A DNA stretch of 63,937 bases, the filler included, from Octopus bimaculoides (lineage: Eukaryota), in the NCBI RefSeq assembly GCF_001194135.2. It is 5 parts of 5 records of this genome, joined end to end, with 100 filler letters (N's around TTAATTAATTAA, not from the genome) between each part and the next. Parts side by side here need not be neighbours in the genome. Positions count along the whole stretch, not along the records: positions 18,274 to 25,193 come from NC_068994.1; positions 25,294 to 56,873 come from NC_068981.1; 3 more parts are not named here. The stretch is one strand, 5' to 3'. The notes beneath the pieces are model-generated. The model was not told the origin of the DNA. It was given only the letters and a program-made list of their open reading frames with translations, and searched no databases. Position 1 is the stretch's first letter. Each line of letters begins with the position of its first letter. Below are positions 21,646-34,706 of the stretch, in pieces. The position numbers were made by a program, and so were the translations under genes.

Positions 21646-22020
21646 TTGTTAATTAATACAATACCCCTCCAGCCCAGCCCTTATGTTTTGCATCACTCCA
21701 AATACCTCTTTATTTTTTCAGGTTTGTTATGTAGTCCCTTCACTTCCTTTTTGTGAACCCAATTGGCACAAAAACCCAATTGGCCTCGTTGTCCGTTACC
21801 CGGACAACGAGGCCCAGGAAATTCCATACCATCATCATATGCCAGCAAGCTATTGCTAGGTTAAACCAGCAACGTTCAAGACACGCGAGGTTTTGCAGTA
21901 GCAACCACAGCATCTCCAACGGGAAACAAAGCCACTTTATATAAGAATTTGGTAGCCCGTTTTACCATTTTCCATTCTCTCCAATGTCTTATGCTGAATC
22001 TTTAATGCTAAATCTGGTGA

Positions 22021-22300
22021 GGTGGAGGCGTATTGGCGCAGCGGACTCGCGGTAGGAGGATCACGGTTTCGATTCCCAGACCGGGGGTTGTGTGTGTTTA
22101 CTGAGCGAAAACACTTAAAGCTCCACGAGGCTCTGGCAGGAGGTGGTGGCAACCCCTGTTGTACTCTTTCACCCCAACTTTCTTTCACACTTTCTTCCTG
22201 CTTCTTGAGTAAAAAGCTGCGATGGACTGGCGTCCCGTCCAGCTAAGGGGGAGCACATACGCGATGGAAACTGGGAAACCGGCCCCGTGCTCCACAAGGG
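22021..22300 (+). mobile_element. Chimeric SINE: head A + body A + gcgatggactggcgtcccgtccag domain
   Basis: The first ~180 nt align to family A. The remainder aligns to the 3' part of the 2601-2850 element. Confidence 0.75.
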
Positions 22301-22454
22301 ACTAAGAGGATTTCCCCCAAATCTGGTGAGAGGTGTCGCTGAAGACGATGGCTTTTGCATATTTCCCACTTTATAAGGAATAAACTATTAGAGACACAGT
22401 ATTTTCTTCTAGGTTAGAATGATTTCGGGTATAAATGAAAACATTTCAAACGGA

Positions 22455-22580
22455 TTTGTTTTGATGCTGTGGATTTGAGAAATAACGCCATAGAAAGGAC
22501 CTACGAAGATCTTAAAAGTAAATTTGAAAACTTCCTCAAGAGAAAAAACCAGAATCTATGCCGCAGTATGCTGGCTGGAT
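22455..22580 (+). mobile_element. Possible hAT transposase fragment
   Basis: FKRICFDAVDLRNNAIERTYEDLKSKFENFL resembles the hAT pattern YFE.LD.II..I..RF. Confidence 0.35.
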
Positions 22581-22620
22581 GAATTATTATTGGTGGAAAT
22601 TGATCACAGCATTACGGACT

Positions 22621-22740
22621 ACATCCTATAACGAACCATATCTTATAACGAACCACATCGTATGAAGAAACACATCGTATAACGAACCACATCATATAAC
22701 GAACCACATCCTATAACGAACCACATCGTATAACAACCCA
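22621..22740. repeat. 17-bp minisatellite, ~7 copies (ACATCGTATAACGAACC)
   Basis: Direct reading; units abut with no unique spacers. Confidence 0.9.
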
Positions 22741-23121
22741 TTTGCTTTCTCCATGGCGATAATGTAGTGAACATTTTTTTAAGCGACTGGATTTTTCCAG
22801 ATAACACCAATAAAATTTGCTGCTTTTGTCGCAAAATTTTTAGCTTCTCAAATAAGACATTTTTAGAAAAAGCCTGGAATTAATAGCTGGAATGAATCAT
22901 GCTCATGAATATTTGTAATCACTTAAAAATTCAGTCGATCATCTGAAATTCTTAAGAAATGGTTTGAGACATTACTGCAATGGCAGACATTATAAGACTG
23001 TTGATAAAGAGATGCAGTCACGTGTTGGAAGAGAGACGGAGAGCATTGGTGTAATATCTACGAATGTTTAATAATCGTCGCTCTGTATTTATATGAAAGT
23101 AATTTGGCTTTCAGAAAATGT

Positions 23122-23154
23122 TTAGGGTTAGGGTTAGGGTTAGGGTTAGGGTTA
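23122..23154 (+). repeat. Interstitial (TTAGGG)5
   Basis: Five perfect units. Similar short arrays at 1048-1064 and 9677-9716. Confidence 0.9.
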
Positions 23155-23565
23155 CACCGAATACTGTTTTTTTCTTATTTCAAAAAATTTTTTTTAAGTT
23201 TCTTGAGATACGTGGAAAATTTGAATCCGTAAATGAACGAACACGAAGTCAAGCAGTGTTTAAACAATTTCACGTTCATCTTTGTACAAAAAAATCAGAA
23301 TGAAGTAGCTTGTGTGTTATGAAATGCTGTTCAGTAAAATATATAAAACTGGGCTGTAAAAAAGGAAAAAAAAAAAAAAAAAGCTTTATATTTCAGCCTT
23401 ACCTTAGGACTGTAAGCCAGATTTAAGTTAAATGGAACAACTTTCACTTATATTAAGATCTTTCAAAACATTTCAATGCAGGAGAATTTTGTTGGCTATA
23501 AAGCAATTATAGATACTACAAGCAGATGATTATCAGAAAATATACTTTGATTTTCAAAGAGAGAG

Positions 23566-23624
<59 letters not shown>

Positions 23625-23887
23625 AAACTTACATTACTGCAGAGGTCAGAGATATGACAATGGTTCAAATTTGAAAGGAGAGAATAAAAAGATTCAGGAA
23701 TGCATTACAGATGTTTTATTTGGCTGGAGAGAAAGTCCAGTCGGATTTTAAACATAATCACCTTGAGGCTACTTTTATAAATACTCATGGTAACATAAGC
23801 ATTAACTTTTACAGTCTCTTTTTTTTTTTCCTTGCAGATTATTGTACACCATAATGGTTAAATTCGTATCAGTTTTACCATATTACA

Positions 23888-24210
23888 ATGAGTTTCGATC
23901 AGACCCATATTAAACACCGTATTCTATATGAATTGAAAAGGTACTCTTCAGCAATGGAGCTAGCAAGAAATATTTGTTCTGTCTACGAAAATGGAGTTTT
24001 AAGTTACTGGATATACTTACGATAGTTTGGGCCAGTTTCCTCGAGAAATTTTTATCTCGCAGACTTCCCTGGATTTGGATGATTAAGTTCTGTCAATGAT
24101 GGGCTTCTGAAAACCGTGGTTGGGGAAATTCAAAGCAAACTGCACAAGGATTAGCAAAACAGTTTAATTCAAGTCACACTCCAGTCATAAAATACTTTGT
24201 GAACAAGGAA
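23888..24210 (+). mobile_element. Decayed mariner transposase N-terminus (HTH)
   Basis: MSFDQTHIKHRILYELKRYSSAMELARNICSVYENGVLS...LR*F and ...TAQGLAKQFNSSHT, with stops and frameshifts. Confidence 0.75.
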
Positions 24211-25142
24211 AACTGTTTAAACTTGGTCAGTAGGTCCTTCATCATCTGACTACTTCTTAGCGTAATTAAAGACTTGATCTCATATGAGATCACTTAAAAA
24301 TTACAAATTTCGTAATTATCTGTCAATATTTACACATATCTAACCTTTTTGCTTTATCTACTAGGTATATTTCTCTGATATTCACAAGAGGTTTGCTAAT
24401 TTTTCACCCAATATCTCGCTTATTTCTATTTAAAATATTATTTTGAAATGTTATTTTGATCATTCCAGCGTGTTTCTAAGGCTGTTTTATGCTAGAAATC
24501 AAAGTGTCATAAAAAATTCCAATTAATAGAATTATGGGAGGTAATGGGTTAACATGAAATTGTAGATTTTCGATTTGGAATTTTCAAGAAAATTCTTTAA
24601 CGTTACATATATAAGGGCTGCAAAGTTCATCTTACCCACGGCATCAGCGACCATTGGCCGGTCCTGTGAGTGGTTGCTACACTGGGGTTAATATTTTCAG
24701 AGGAATGTGTGTAAGTGTGCATGGATAAGACTGTAAAATCTTTTGCAGTCAGGTCAGCTGCTACGATTTCATCTGCACGTTGTTCCAGAAAGAAAAAAGA
24801 AAGATTTCTGCTCATAGTTTTCTTCGCATCTGTATAATGCTTCTCCGTGTGTATGTATGTACGTATGTATGTATGTATGTATGTATGTATGTATGTATGT
24901 ATATATGTATGTATGTGTGTATGTATGTATGTATGCATGCATGTGTGTATGCATATATATGCGTATATATTTCTATATACGCATATATATAGGTGAGTAT
25001 GTATGTAATTATGCATGTATGTAGATATATATGTATGTATACATACATATATGTATATATGCAAGTGTATATATATATATATATGTATGTGTATGTATAG
25101 AGATATATTCATATATATACAATACATATATGTATATATAAT

Positions 25143-25193
<51 letters not shown>

Positions 25194-25686
25194 NNNNNNN
25201 NNNNNNNNNNNNNNNNNNNNNNNNNNNNNNNNNNNNNTTAATTAATTAANNNNNNNNNNNNNNNNNNNNNNNNNNNNNNNNNNNNNNNNNNNNAATCACC
25301 ATCCATCATCATTATCATCATAAACACCACTACCGCCTCAGCAACTAACATTAATTTCTCTCTCTCACTACTACTACTACTATTAATATCACTATCACCA
25401 TCACTACTACGATCATTGCTATCACGATGACCACCACCAACACCACCACCACCACCACCACAACCACCACCACAACCACCACCACAACCACCACCACCAC
25501 CGCAAGACCTGCTGTCATCATCAATAGTAATGCTGATGCATTGATACCGAAACAGAATGACAGTACACCACCACCCTACTAGCATCACAACTATAATCTG
25601 CACTAAATCGCCACCAATACCGCAACCACTATCAACAGCATCATCATCCTCAAAAGCAGCTGTGGCAACAACCACACTATCACTAC

Positions 25687-25994
25687 TGTGGAGGCGCAAT
25701 GGTCCAGTGGTTAGGGCAGCGGACTCGTGGTCATAGGGTCGCGGTTTCGATTCCCAGACCGGGTGTTGTGAGTGTTTATTGAGCGAAAACACCTAAAGCT
25801 CCATGAGGCTCCGGCAGAGGGTGGTGGCGAACCCTGTTGTACTCTTTCACCACAACTTTCTCTTACTCTTACTTCCTGTTTCTGTTGTGCCTGTAATTCA
25901 AAGGGTCAGCCTTGTCACACTCTCTGTCATGCTGAATCTCCCCGAGAACTACGTTAAGGGTACACGTGTCTGTGGAGTTCTCAGCCACTTGCAC
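25687..25994 (+). mobile_element. SINE family A (tRNA head, A/B boxes), runs into gap
   Basis: tgtggaggcgcaatggtccagtggttagggcagcgg...ggtttcgattcccagacc; about 90% identical to the 41545 and 57958 copies. Confidence 0.9.
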
Positions 25995-26474
25995 NNNNNN
26001 NNNNNNNNNNNNNNNNNNNNNNNNNNNNNNNNNNNNNNNNNNNNNNNNNNNNNNNNNNNNNNNNNNNNNNNNNNNNNNNNNNNNNNNNNNNNNNNNNNNN
26101 NNNNNNNNNNNNNNNNNNNNNNNNNNNNNNNNNNNNNNNNNNNNNNNNNNNNNNNNNNNNNNNNNNNNNNNNNNNNNNNNNNNNNNNNNNNNNNNNNNNN
26201 NNNNNNNNNNNNNNNNNNNNNNNNNNNNNNNNNNNNNNNNNNNNNNNNNNNNNNNNNNNNNNNNNNNNNNNNNNNNNNNNNNNNNNNNNNNNNNNNNNNN
26301 NNNNNNNNNNNNNNNNNNNNNNNNNNNNNNNNNNNNNNNNNNNNNNNNNNNNNNNNNNNNNNNNNNNNNNNNNNNNNNNNNNNNNNNNNNNNNNNNNNNN
26401 NNNNNNNNNNNNNNNNNNNNNNNNNNNNNNNNNNNNNNNNNNNNNNNNNNNNNNNNNNNNNNNNNNNNNNNNNN

Positions 26475-26673
26475 TTTGAATTACAGGCACAACAGAAATA
26501 GGAAGTAAGAGTGAGAGAAAGTTGTGGTGAAAGAGTACAGCAGGGTTCGCCACCATCCCTTGCCGGAGCCTCGAGGAGCTTTAGGTGTTTTCGCTCAATA
26601 AACACTAACAACGCCCGGTCTGGGAATCGAAACCGCGAGTCCGCTGCCCTAACCACTGGGCCATTGCGCCTCC
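26475..26673 (-). mobile_element. SINE family A, inverted relative to the 25687 copy, with an internal 14-nt deletion
   Basis: Reverse complement of the head and body. The deletion lies between two TCGCGG repeats. Confidence 0.88.
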
Positions 26674-27533
26674 CCATGTAGAAATAATCCTCTCTGTACG
26701 AGTGAACGCCATCAGAGAACGACAGAAGCTGCGGCTCTACTTGACTTGCACCCTAAAACCCCCATAAATATGTCTTACAGAACCTACAAAAATATTTACA
26801 CAAATAAGTACGAACAAACATCAGGATTAATAAATACTCTAGAAAAATACACGGCTTTACAGCGAAAATAACGTTAAGAAGAAAAGAACAATATTAAAAA
26901 TAACAACGACACATGAAGTTACGTTGTCATTCGCCTTTCCACCATTCTCTAAAGAATACATTTAAAAATAAACGCTTTGCACACAAAGTAAACGTGGTAA
27001 ACATGACAAAAAATATTCTAAAACTTCTGCACGACGACATTAACGGCATTAAAAACATCATTATGAAACTAAAAGATTTTTTATAATCTCACGCGACATT
27101 CACGTTGTACGTAACACAAAACTCTCAATATTCCAAATTATGCTTATATCAGACGAGACGCCAATGGAGGCGGTCTGATTACATAAATAAAAACGCGTAT
27201 TAAATCTATATTGATATCATAAATGACATTCGTAAACTAATAGGGAATGAAATGGAGTCTTTAAAAAAAAAAGAAGAAAGAAAAGAAAAGACAGAAAGAA
27301 AGAAATGAGGCTCATTAATACACACACAGATATATCTCTACATCGCTATCGAAATAGCTATCTATCGCTATATTTGAGGATTGTGATTTTGCCCAAAAAA
27401 CATAAACCTGATAGATATCTGTCTATCTATCGATGCGTATGTGCGTGAGTGAGTATGTGTGTGTGTGTCTGTTTTTTGGGGTCTACATTCGTAAACTGTT
27501 CGCTACATACACATATTCGTATGCATGTATATG

Positions 27534-27628
<95 letters not shown>

Positions 27629-27971
27629 AATAACATGTATATATGTGGGCACAGGACATCATGAAACGTGTACGACAAAAAAATACGAAGCTCGAGTACA
27701 TGGAACATGAACTATTCTTTCGAACAACGAAAGACACAAATGGAAAACAAAATGAACAACATAAAGAACGACCCTTCATTAGTTGTTGGCTGTTTTTCGA
27801 GTCTCGTATTTCGAGCATTTAACAACAATATACGCTTTCGATAAAACAGTTGCTCCCGCAAAGCAAATTAAATAAAATTTGGGATTTTTGCAGAGGATCA
27901 AAATAGGTGACACAAACAGGACAGTGAATACAAACAGGAAGGGCTGCTAAGCCTAAACGATGTTGTGGTGG

Positions 27972-28024
<53 letters not shown>

Positions 28025-28599
28025 CGTGTGTGTGTGTGTGTGCGTGCGTACATGTGTGTGTGCGTACATGTGTGTGTGCGTACATGTGTGTGTGCGTACA
28101 TGTATGTTTGTATGTACATACATATATACATACACACACGACACACACATGCACACACACGCACACACACATATTAACATTAAAAACAAAAGGAAAAATG
28201 CTGTGTGAACTTTATCATAAAAAGGGCGTGGAGAGAAAGGATTTACATTTTTATCAAAAGATGTTACCAGTTTCAATTGTTAACGCAATATAATCATGCA
28301 AAAAGAAAAAGGAATGAAATTAACTTAATATCTTATTGAAGACGTTTAGAAAGTTGACAAGTTTTTCTTTATAAAAAAATGTATATGTTAATCACTGTTA
28401 ATCTTCCTTGGATAGCTGTTGTGATCAAACTAATGACAAACAGCATAAGCAGCAGCCGTTAAGCTGGTATTTATTGTTCCTTGTTGGCAATGATGGTGGT
28501 ACTTACATTCATACACGCACACATACCACACACTCACATATACCACCACCGTCTCACCAACCACTCCACTAGATTACACATATCACTCACCTACAACGC

Positions 28600-29712
28600 T
28601 TTTACATTCTCTTGCAAACATCATCGCGGGCGACTTCAATGCAACCGACACCTCATGGTTTTCAAATGACGTAGATAACGAAAGAAGTAACATAATAGCA
28701 TTACACTCAAACTTCCTTTACATCGTATAGATCCCGCACATACACACACATACTTACCTAACTGCAGCAATTCTTCCCTAGACATTATATTTTGTTCCAC
28801 ACACCTAGCTGCCATAACTATATGATAAATAATTCCTCAACTTTCCTTGAAGTAGCTACCAATTATTATCACAACACGCTCGCACATCAATGAAGAAAGC
28901 AAATACGATTTTACAAACTTCAAAAAACCTCAATGGAACGAGTCCCACCAAGAAACAGAATCAAGGTTTGTTTATTCAGAATTCAACACAACCACATTTA
29001 CCAACAAAAATACTGCAGTACACACATTGTACAAAATAATTACAGACGCGTCTAAAAACATATTACACAAACTAATATAAAAAAATATAACTCCAGTTAT
29101 ACTCCAAAAATAGCCAACTTCATAAAAACTAGAGACAACCTCAAACACAATGCACCAATACAATAAACAGCTGAAATGAAACTCAGCATCAAGAATTAAA
29201 CAAATAAGAAAAAAAACAACAGAAAGAAAACAGAAGGCTGGCAAGCACTTCTTTCCAACAGAAACCACAAAACTAAAAGTAACACACTATATAGAATAAT
29301 TCGTAGTATCAAGAAAAACAGCAAAGGTTATAACACACTCATGTCATAATAACATCGTATAATATACCCACATTGCAACATCAAGAAAACGCCCTTATCG
29401 GCTGTTTCTAGACAAATCAGCCACCAAAAACAAAAACACACACACACACACACAAAGAAGAAGAAGAAGAGGAAGAGGAAGAAGAAGAAGAAGAAGAAGA
29501 AGAAGAAGAAGAAGAAGAAGAAGAAGAAGAGGAGGAGGAGGTGGAGGTGGAGGAGGAGGNNNNNNNNNNAGGAAAAAGAAGAAGAAGAAGAAGAAGAAGA
29601 AGTAGGAGAAGGAGGAGGAGGAGGAGGAGGAAAAAGAAGAAGAAGAAGAAGAAGTAGGAGAAGGAGGAGGAGGAAAAAGAAGAAGAAGAAAAAGAAGAAG
29701 AAGAAGAAGAAG

Positions 29713-29753
<41 letters not shown>

Positions 29754-30275
29754 AACAACAACAATATCATGCAGAGAAGACAGGGACTGAGAACATGAAG
29801 TATGCACCTTCCACTTAGACCACCATCCATCTTAAGAAGAGGGAAATCTTAAAAAAAAAAAAAAACTCGAAAGCCTTAAGGCGATACAGAATCACAATCA
29901 TAATCCTAAAACCCCCAACAGCCTGAAGAAATCGCTGTGTTCATCGACATCTGCAACTGCTCCTACCAACACTGTCAAATTCCCAGAATCTGAATTCTTA
30001 GCAAAAGTTGAACAGTTTTAAAAACCAATAAACACCCAAATGAAGTAACAACGTTGAGACCGATTGCTTTTTTATACTCATCCATAAAAGTCCAAGAACG
30101 GCAAGTACTTATCACCAGTAGCCCATATATTTTCTCTCCAAGTCACCACAGAGATTTAACTCAACCGTCATACGTAACATAGAAAATAAACGAAGCCTTC
30201 GACAGCAAAGAAATCTCCCGCGCATAACATTTTAACGACCAGTGACATCTGTAAAGCTTTCGGCTCTATTCCCAA
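28600..30275 (+). mobile_element. Decayed I/Jockey-like LINE (APE + RT remnants), split by a (GAA/GAG/CAA)n tract
   Basis: IIAGDFNATDTSW, SSLDIIFCS and FTNFKKPQW (endonuclease region), then IIILKP, PIAFLYSSIKVQER, KAFDS and DICKAFGSIP (RT domains). Confidence 0.75.
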
Positions 30276-30336
30276 CTAACCACACAACAAAATCCCGTCG
30301 CGCATGCGTGTGTTTGTTTATATATGTGCGTGTGCT

Positions 30337-30950
30337 TGTGGAGGCGCAATGCCCCAGTAGTTAGGGCAGTGGACTCGCGGTCATAGGATCGCGGTTTCGA
30401 TTCCCAGACCGGGCGTTGTGAGTGTTTATTGAGCGAAAACACCTAAAGCTCCACGAGGCTCCGGCAGGAGATGGTGGCGAACCCTGCTGTACTCTTTCAC
30501 CACAACTTTCTCTCATTCTTACTTTCTGTTTCTGTTGTGCCTGTAATTCAAAGGGTCAGCCTTGTCACACTGTGTCACGCTGAATATCCCTGAGAACTAC
30601 GTTAAGGGTACACGTGTCTGTGGAGTGCTCAGCCACTTGCACGTTAATTNNNNNNNNNNATTGAGCGAAAACACCTAAAGCTCCACGAGGCTCCGGCAGG
30701 AGATGGTGGCGAACCCTGCTGTACTCTTTCACCACAACTTTCTCTCATTCTTACTTTCTGTTTCTGTTGTGCCTGTAATTCAAAGGGTCAGCCTTGTCAC
30801 ACTGTGTCACGCTGAATATCCCTGAGAACTACGTTAAGGGTACACGTGTCTGTGGAGTGCTCAGCCACTTGCACGTTAATTTCACGAGCAGGCTGTTCCG
30901 TTGATCGGATCAACTGGAACCCTCGACGTCGTAAGTGACGGAGTGCCAAC
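30337..30950 (+). mobile_element. SINE family A, full length; body duplicated across a 10-N gap
   Basis: Ends ...gacggagtgccaac. 30660-30880 repeats ~30429-30649 exactly, probably an assembly overlap. Confidence 0.88.
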
Positions 30951-31319
30951 ACATGTGCTTATATTTGTGTGTTTGTACTCCACCATCGCTTGACAACCGA
31001 TGTTGGTTTGTTTACGTACCTGTAACTTATCGGTGCGGCAAAACAGACGGATAGAATACGTTTCAGATTTTAAAAAAGACGAGTACTGTTGTCAGTTTGT
31101 TCGACCAAGCCCATCAAAGCGTTGCTCCAGCATAGCCGCAGTTCAATGACGAAAGCAAGTAAAAGATCACTCTAAGAAACAACTCAATATGCTAACTGGC
31201 AAACTATCTTTCAGCGTTTGCCGTTTCTTGAATGGAGTAAGGCAGAGATCCGTCCTCTCACCCATTCTTTTCAACTTATATCTACACAACTACCCACCAA
31301 ACTTTCAAATACAATAAAC

Positions 31320-31613
31320 CAGGGGTTTTCAAACTGTGGTCCGCGGACCACAGGGGGTCCGCAGGACAAGACAGGGGGTCCGTGGACAGCAAATACTTTT
31401 TATGAGCAATTTGATTTTATGTATGTTTTTTAATCGAAATCTTTTAATTGACAATAAACCTATTTGTTAAATACTGTTAAATAAATAAATGTAAAAATAT
31501 ATTATTTTAAGCAAATATTTATGTATAAATTTCATAAGCGTTTATAAGGGGGTTCCTAAGGTAAAGCCTGAAATATAAAGGTGTCCGCAAGTCAAAAAGT
31601 TTGAAAACCCCTG
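31320..31613. mobile_element. hAT-family MITE (294 bp)
   Basis: TIR CAGGGGTTTTCAAAC / GTTTGAAAACCCCTG with an exact 8-bp TSD CAATAAAC at 31312-31319 and 31614-31621. Confidence 0.93.
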
Positions 31614-31972
31614 CAATAAACCATCAAACTCAATAACATAAATACCCTACACTTACGGAAGATGTAAAGTATAGTTCGTTGCTGCTGCACACTTCACTTC
31701 CACGGCATTTTTCACTATATAAAAACCCGCTTTTGGGTACCCAAACACACGCACAAGATACGCTTAGTTTTAGAATGGTGGCAGCTGATGAAGGAAATGT
31801 TCCCTATGTGGCCTGTGTGTTTTCTGTATACCGTTTATCATTTTGTACACGTTTTTCTTTTTTTTTTTTGCTACGTCCTGTACCCAGATATGCATCTATA
31901 TATACAGGTAGACGTAGGTATGTACATACATGTACGTATATACGCATATACTCATATATTATTTGTATTATT

Positions 31973-32005
<33 letters not shown>

Positions 32006-32473
32006 NNNNNNNNNNNNNNNNNNNNNNNNNNNNNNNNNNNNNNNNNNNNNNNNNNNNNNNNNNNNNNNNNNNNNNNNNNNNNNNNNNNNNNNNNNNNNNN
32101 NNNNNNNNNNNNNNNNNNNNNNNNNNNNNNNNNNNNNNNNNNNNNNNNNNNNNNNNNNNNNNNNNNNNNNNNNNNNNNNNNNNNNNNNNNNNNNNNNNNN
32201 NNNNNNNNNNNNNNNNNNNNNNNNNNNNNNNNNNNNNNNNNNNNNNNNNNNNNNNNNNNNNNNNNNNNNNNNNNNNNNNNNNNNNNNNNNNNNNNNNNNN
32301 NNNNNNNNNNNNNNNNNNNNNNNNNNNNNNNNNNNNNNNNNNNNNNNNNNNNNNNNNNNNNNNNNNNNNNNNNNNNNNNNNNNNNNNNNNNNNNNNNNNN
32401 NTATATATATATATATATATATATATCGTCGTCGTCGTCATCGTCGTCATCGTTGTTGTCGTCGTCGTCATAA

Positions 32474-32599
32474 CATCATCATATCACTGATGTCGTTAAC
32501 GTCATCATGTTTTTAATTCCTTCAACCATACCACTAACACAATCGACCACGTGCACAATACCATCGTGAGTTTTACTAGTCATTCAACCGCCATGTCAT
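32474..32599 (+). repeat. ~125-bp unique-looking sequence repeated at 35568-35695
   Basis: catcatcatatcactgat(g/a)tcgttaacgtcatcat...gaccacgtgcacaataccatcgtgagttt...cattcaaccgccatgtcat; about 90% identical, same orientation. Confidence 0.9.
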
Positions 32600-32859
32600 A
32601 TATATGTGTATATATATATATATATGTGTTTGGGTGTCCAAATAGTCAGATCAGTTGAGAGAGTGCAACGTATCCAGATTGTCATGCTGCACCTCATAGC
32701 ATTCATGACTGCATGTCAGACTGTGCAGCAAGGTCCTCGGCTTAGACAAACACATGGCGTGTCGAGGAAGAATGAATCTGTGAGTCCACGCCTTGTCTTT
32801 CGACCGATTGCTTGCCTTTCGTACGGGGACCTGCTTCATCGGGGCTGACCTGGAGTTAG

Positions 32860-32904
<45 letters not shown>

Positions 32905-33187
32905 GCACCGACACACTACGACCACTATGAAATTCACCATCGTCACTACCACCACAACCACGACCACCGCCACAACCACCACGCAACAATCTCTATCAAA
33001 CTTCAGTTAATACCACCACCACCAACAACAACAACAACAACGACAATAGCAACAACACTGTACCTACGACAACGACTACTACCACCATAACTACAGCATC
33101 ATAACTTCTAACACCATAATTACCAATATCACCGCCACCACTATAACCACTTCCAATACACAACGAAAATGATCGCCACTATGACTG

Positions 33188-33240
<53 letters not shown>

Positions 33241-34050
33241 GTTGCTGCTGCTGCTGCTGCTACGCCAAAATCAGTCATCGCCATGGTCTTCGACACCACC
33301 AATGCCCAGCACCGCACCACATAAAACAGTCATCACCACCACCGCCACCAAACACTACCACAACCACAATCATCATCAACATCTCCACTACAACCGCCAC
33401 CACCACCACCACCAGCACCATCACCACTAAGCAACGCTTATCACCAACACCAGCGCTATCATCGCTGCTACTACCATAAACAGCATCATCAGCATCATCA
33501 TCACCAATACCACCACACCATCACTAACACCATCTCCGGCACCACCACCATCACTACGACCGTTGTCATCATCATCATCATCATCAATATAGCGTTATCG
33601 ATACAATGCAATAATACAGTAAAACCGTCACTGTCCACCACCCCACCAACACCCCCACCCCTCCATCTTTTAATATTTCTTTCTTCTTCATTTCTTCAAT
33701 CATTTAATCGGTAATGGAAACAGCAGCAGCAAAAGCAGCAACATCGATAGTAACATCAACAACGGCAGCAGCAGATGCAGCAGCAGCACAGCAGTAACAT
33801 CAGTAGTAGCAGCAGCAACAGATGCAGCAGCAGCAACAGATGCAGCAGCAGTAGTTGTAGTAGTAACATCAGTAACATTAGCAATAGTAGGAACACCAGC
33901 ATCACTGGCAACATCATTGACAGCAGCAACATCGCCACTAGCAGCAGCAGCAGCAACACCACCAACAACAATACCATGAGTTGCCACAACAGCTGCAGTG
34001 ACAGCAGCACTGACGGCCACATGCGATATAGATAAACAAAAACCGTGAAT
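32860..34050. repeat. Compound trinucleotide low-complexity tract (CAA/CAC/CTA/CAT/CAG)
   Basis: Direct reading. Confidence 0.9.
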
Positions 34051-34392
34051 AATATACAAATACAATAATACAACGACCACCAGAGTTATCCATACCATCC
34101 TCCGTTTTCAGCTACCATTCGCATTTAAGAAATCAACAGAACTCTACCAGTTCCACCATCGATACCTATATCCGTTCTATTATACAAAATCACAATTCCG
34201 CCACATAGTTTCCGTTATTGCACATCACCGACCGACCGACCGACCGACCGACCGACCGACCGCTAGTATTGGCGGAATCGGACAAAAACGCTTGCTTGTG
34301 CTTTAGATTCGCGAGTTCAAATTCCGACGGAGGGCAAAGTCAAAATTTGTCTTTCGTCATTCCAGGTTCGATAAGATAACATACTGTATACA

Positions 34393-34428
<36 letters not shown>

Positions 34429-34675
34429 TATATANNNNNNNNNNNNNNNNNNNNNNNNNNNNNNNNNNNNNNNNNNNNNNNNNNNNNNNNNNNNNNNNNN
34501 NNNNNNNNNNNNNNNNNNNNNNNNNNNNNNNNNNNNNNNNNNNNNNNNNNNNNNNNNNNNNNNNNNNNNNNNNNNNNNNNNNNNNNNNNNNNNNNNNNNN
34601 NNNNNNNNNNNNNNNNNNNNNNNNNNNNNNNNNNNNNNNNNNNNNNNNNNNNNNNNNNNNNNNNNNNNNNNNNNN

Positions 34676-34706
<31 letters not shown>

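Noticed and set aside
22308-22317. NF-kB-like site (GGGGAAATCC on the minus strand)
   Set aside because: A single 10-mer at a SINE end, 15 kb from gene 1 and across a scaffold join; expected by chance.
22621-22740. CRISPR-like regular repeat
   Set aside because: Units are contiguous without unique spacers, the context is eukaryotic, and there are no cas genes.
23122-23154. Telomere or chromosome-fusion scar
   Set aside because: Only five units, and similar short arrays sit inside dispersed elements.
30660-30880. Apparent tandem duplication within a SINE
   Set aside because: Exact repeat on both sides of a 10-N gap, typical of unmerged contig overlap. The repeat around 29559-29569 looks similar.
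33700-34098. 132-aa ORF resembling a signal peptide + Ala/Thr/Val-rich body + hydrophobic tail (GPI- or antifreeze-like)
   Set aside because: It is the reverse strand of a CAG/CAA/CAT repeat tract, whose frames inevitably give A/V/D/T or L/M. Overlapping frames are equally open, so there is no independent coding evidence.
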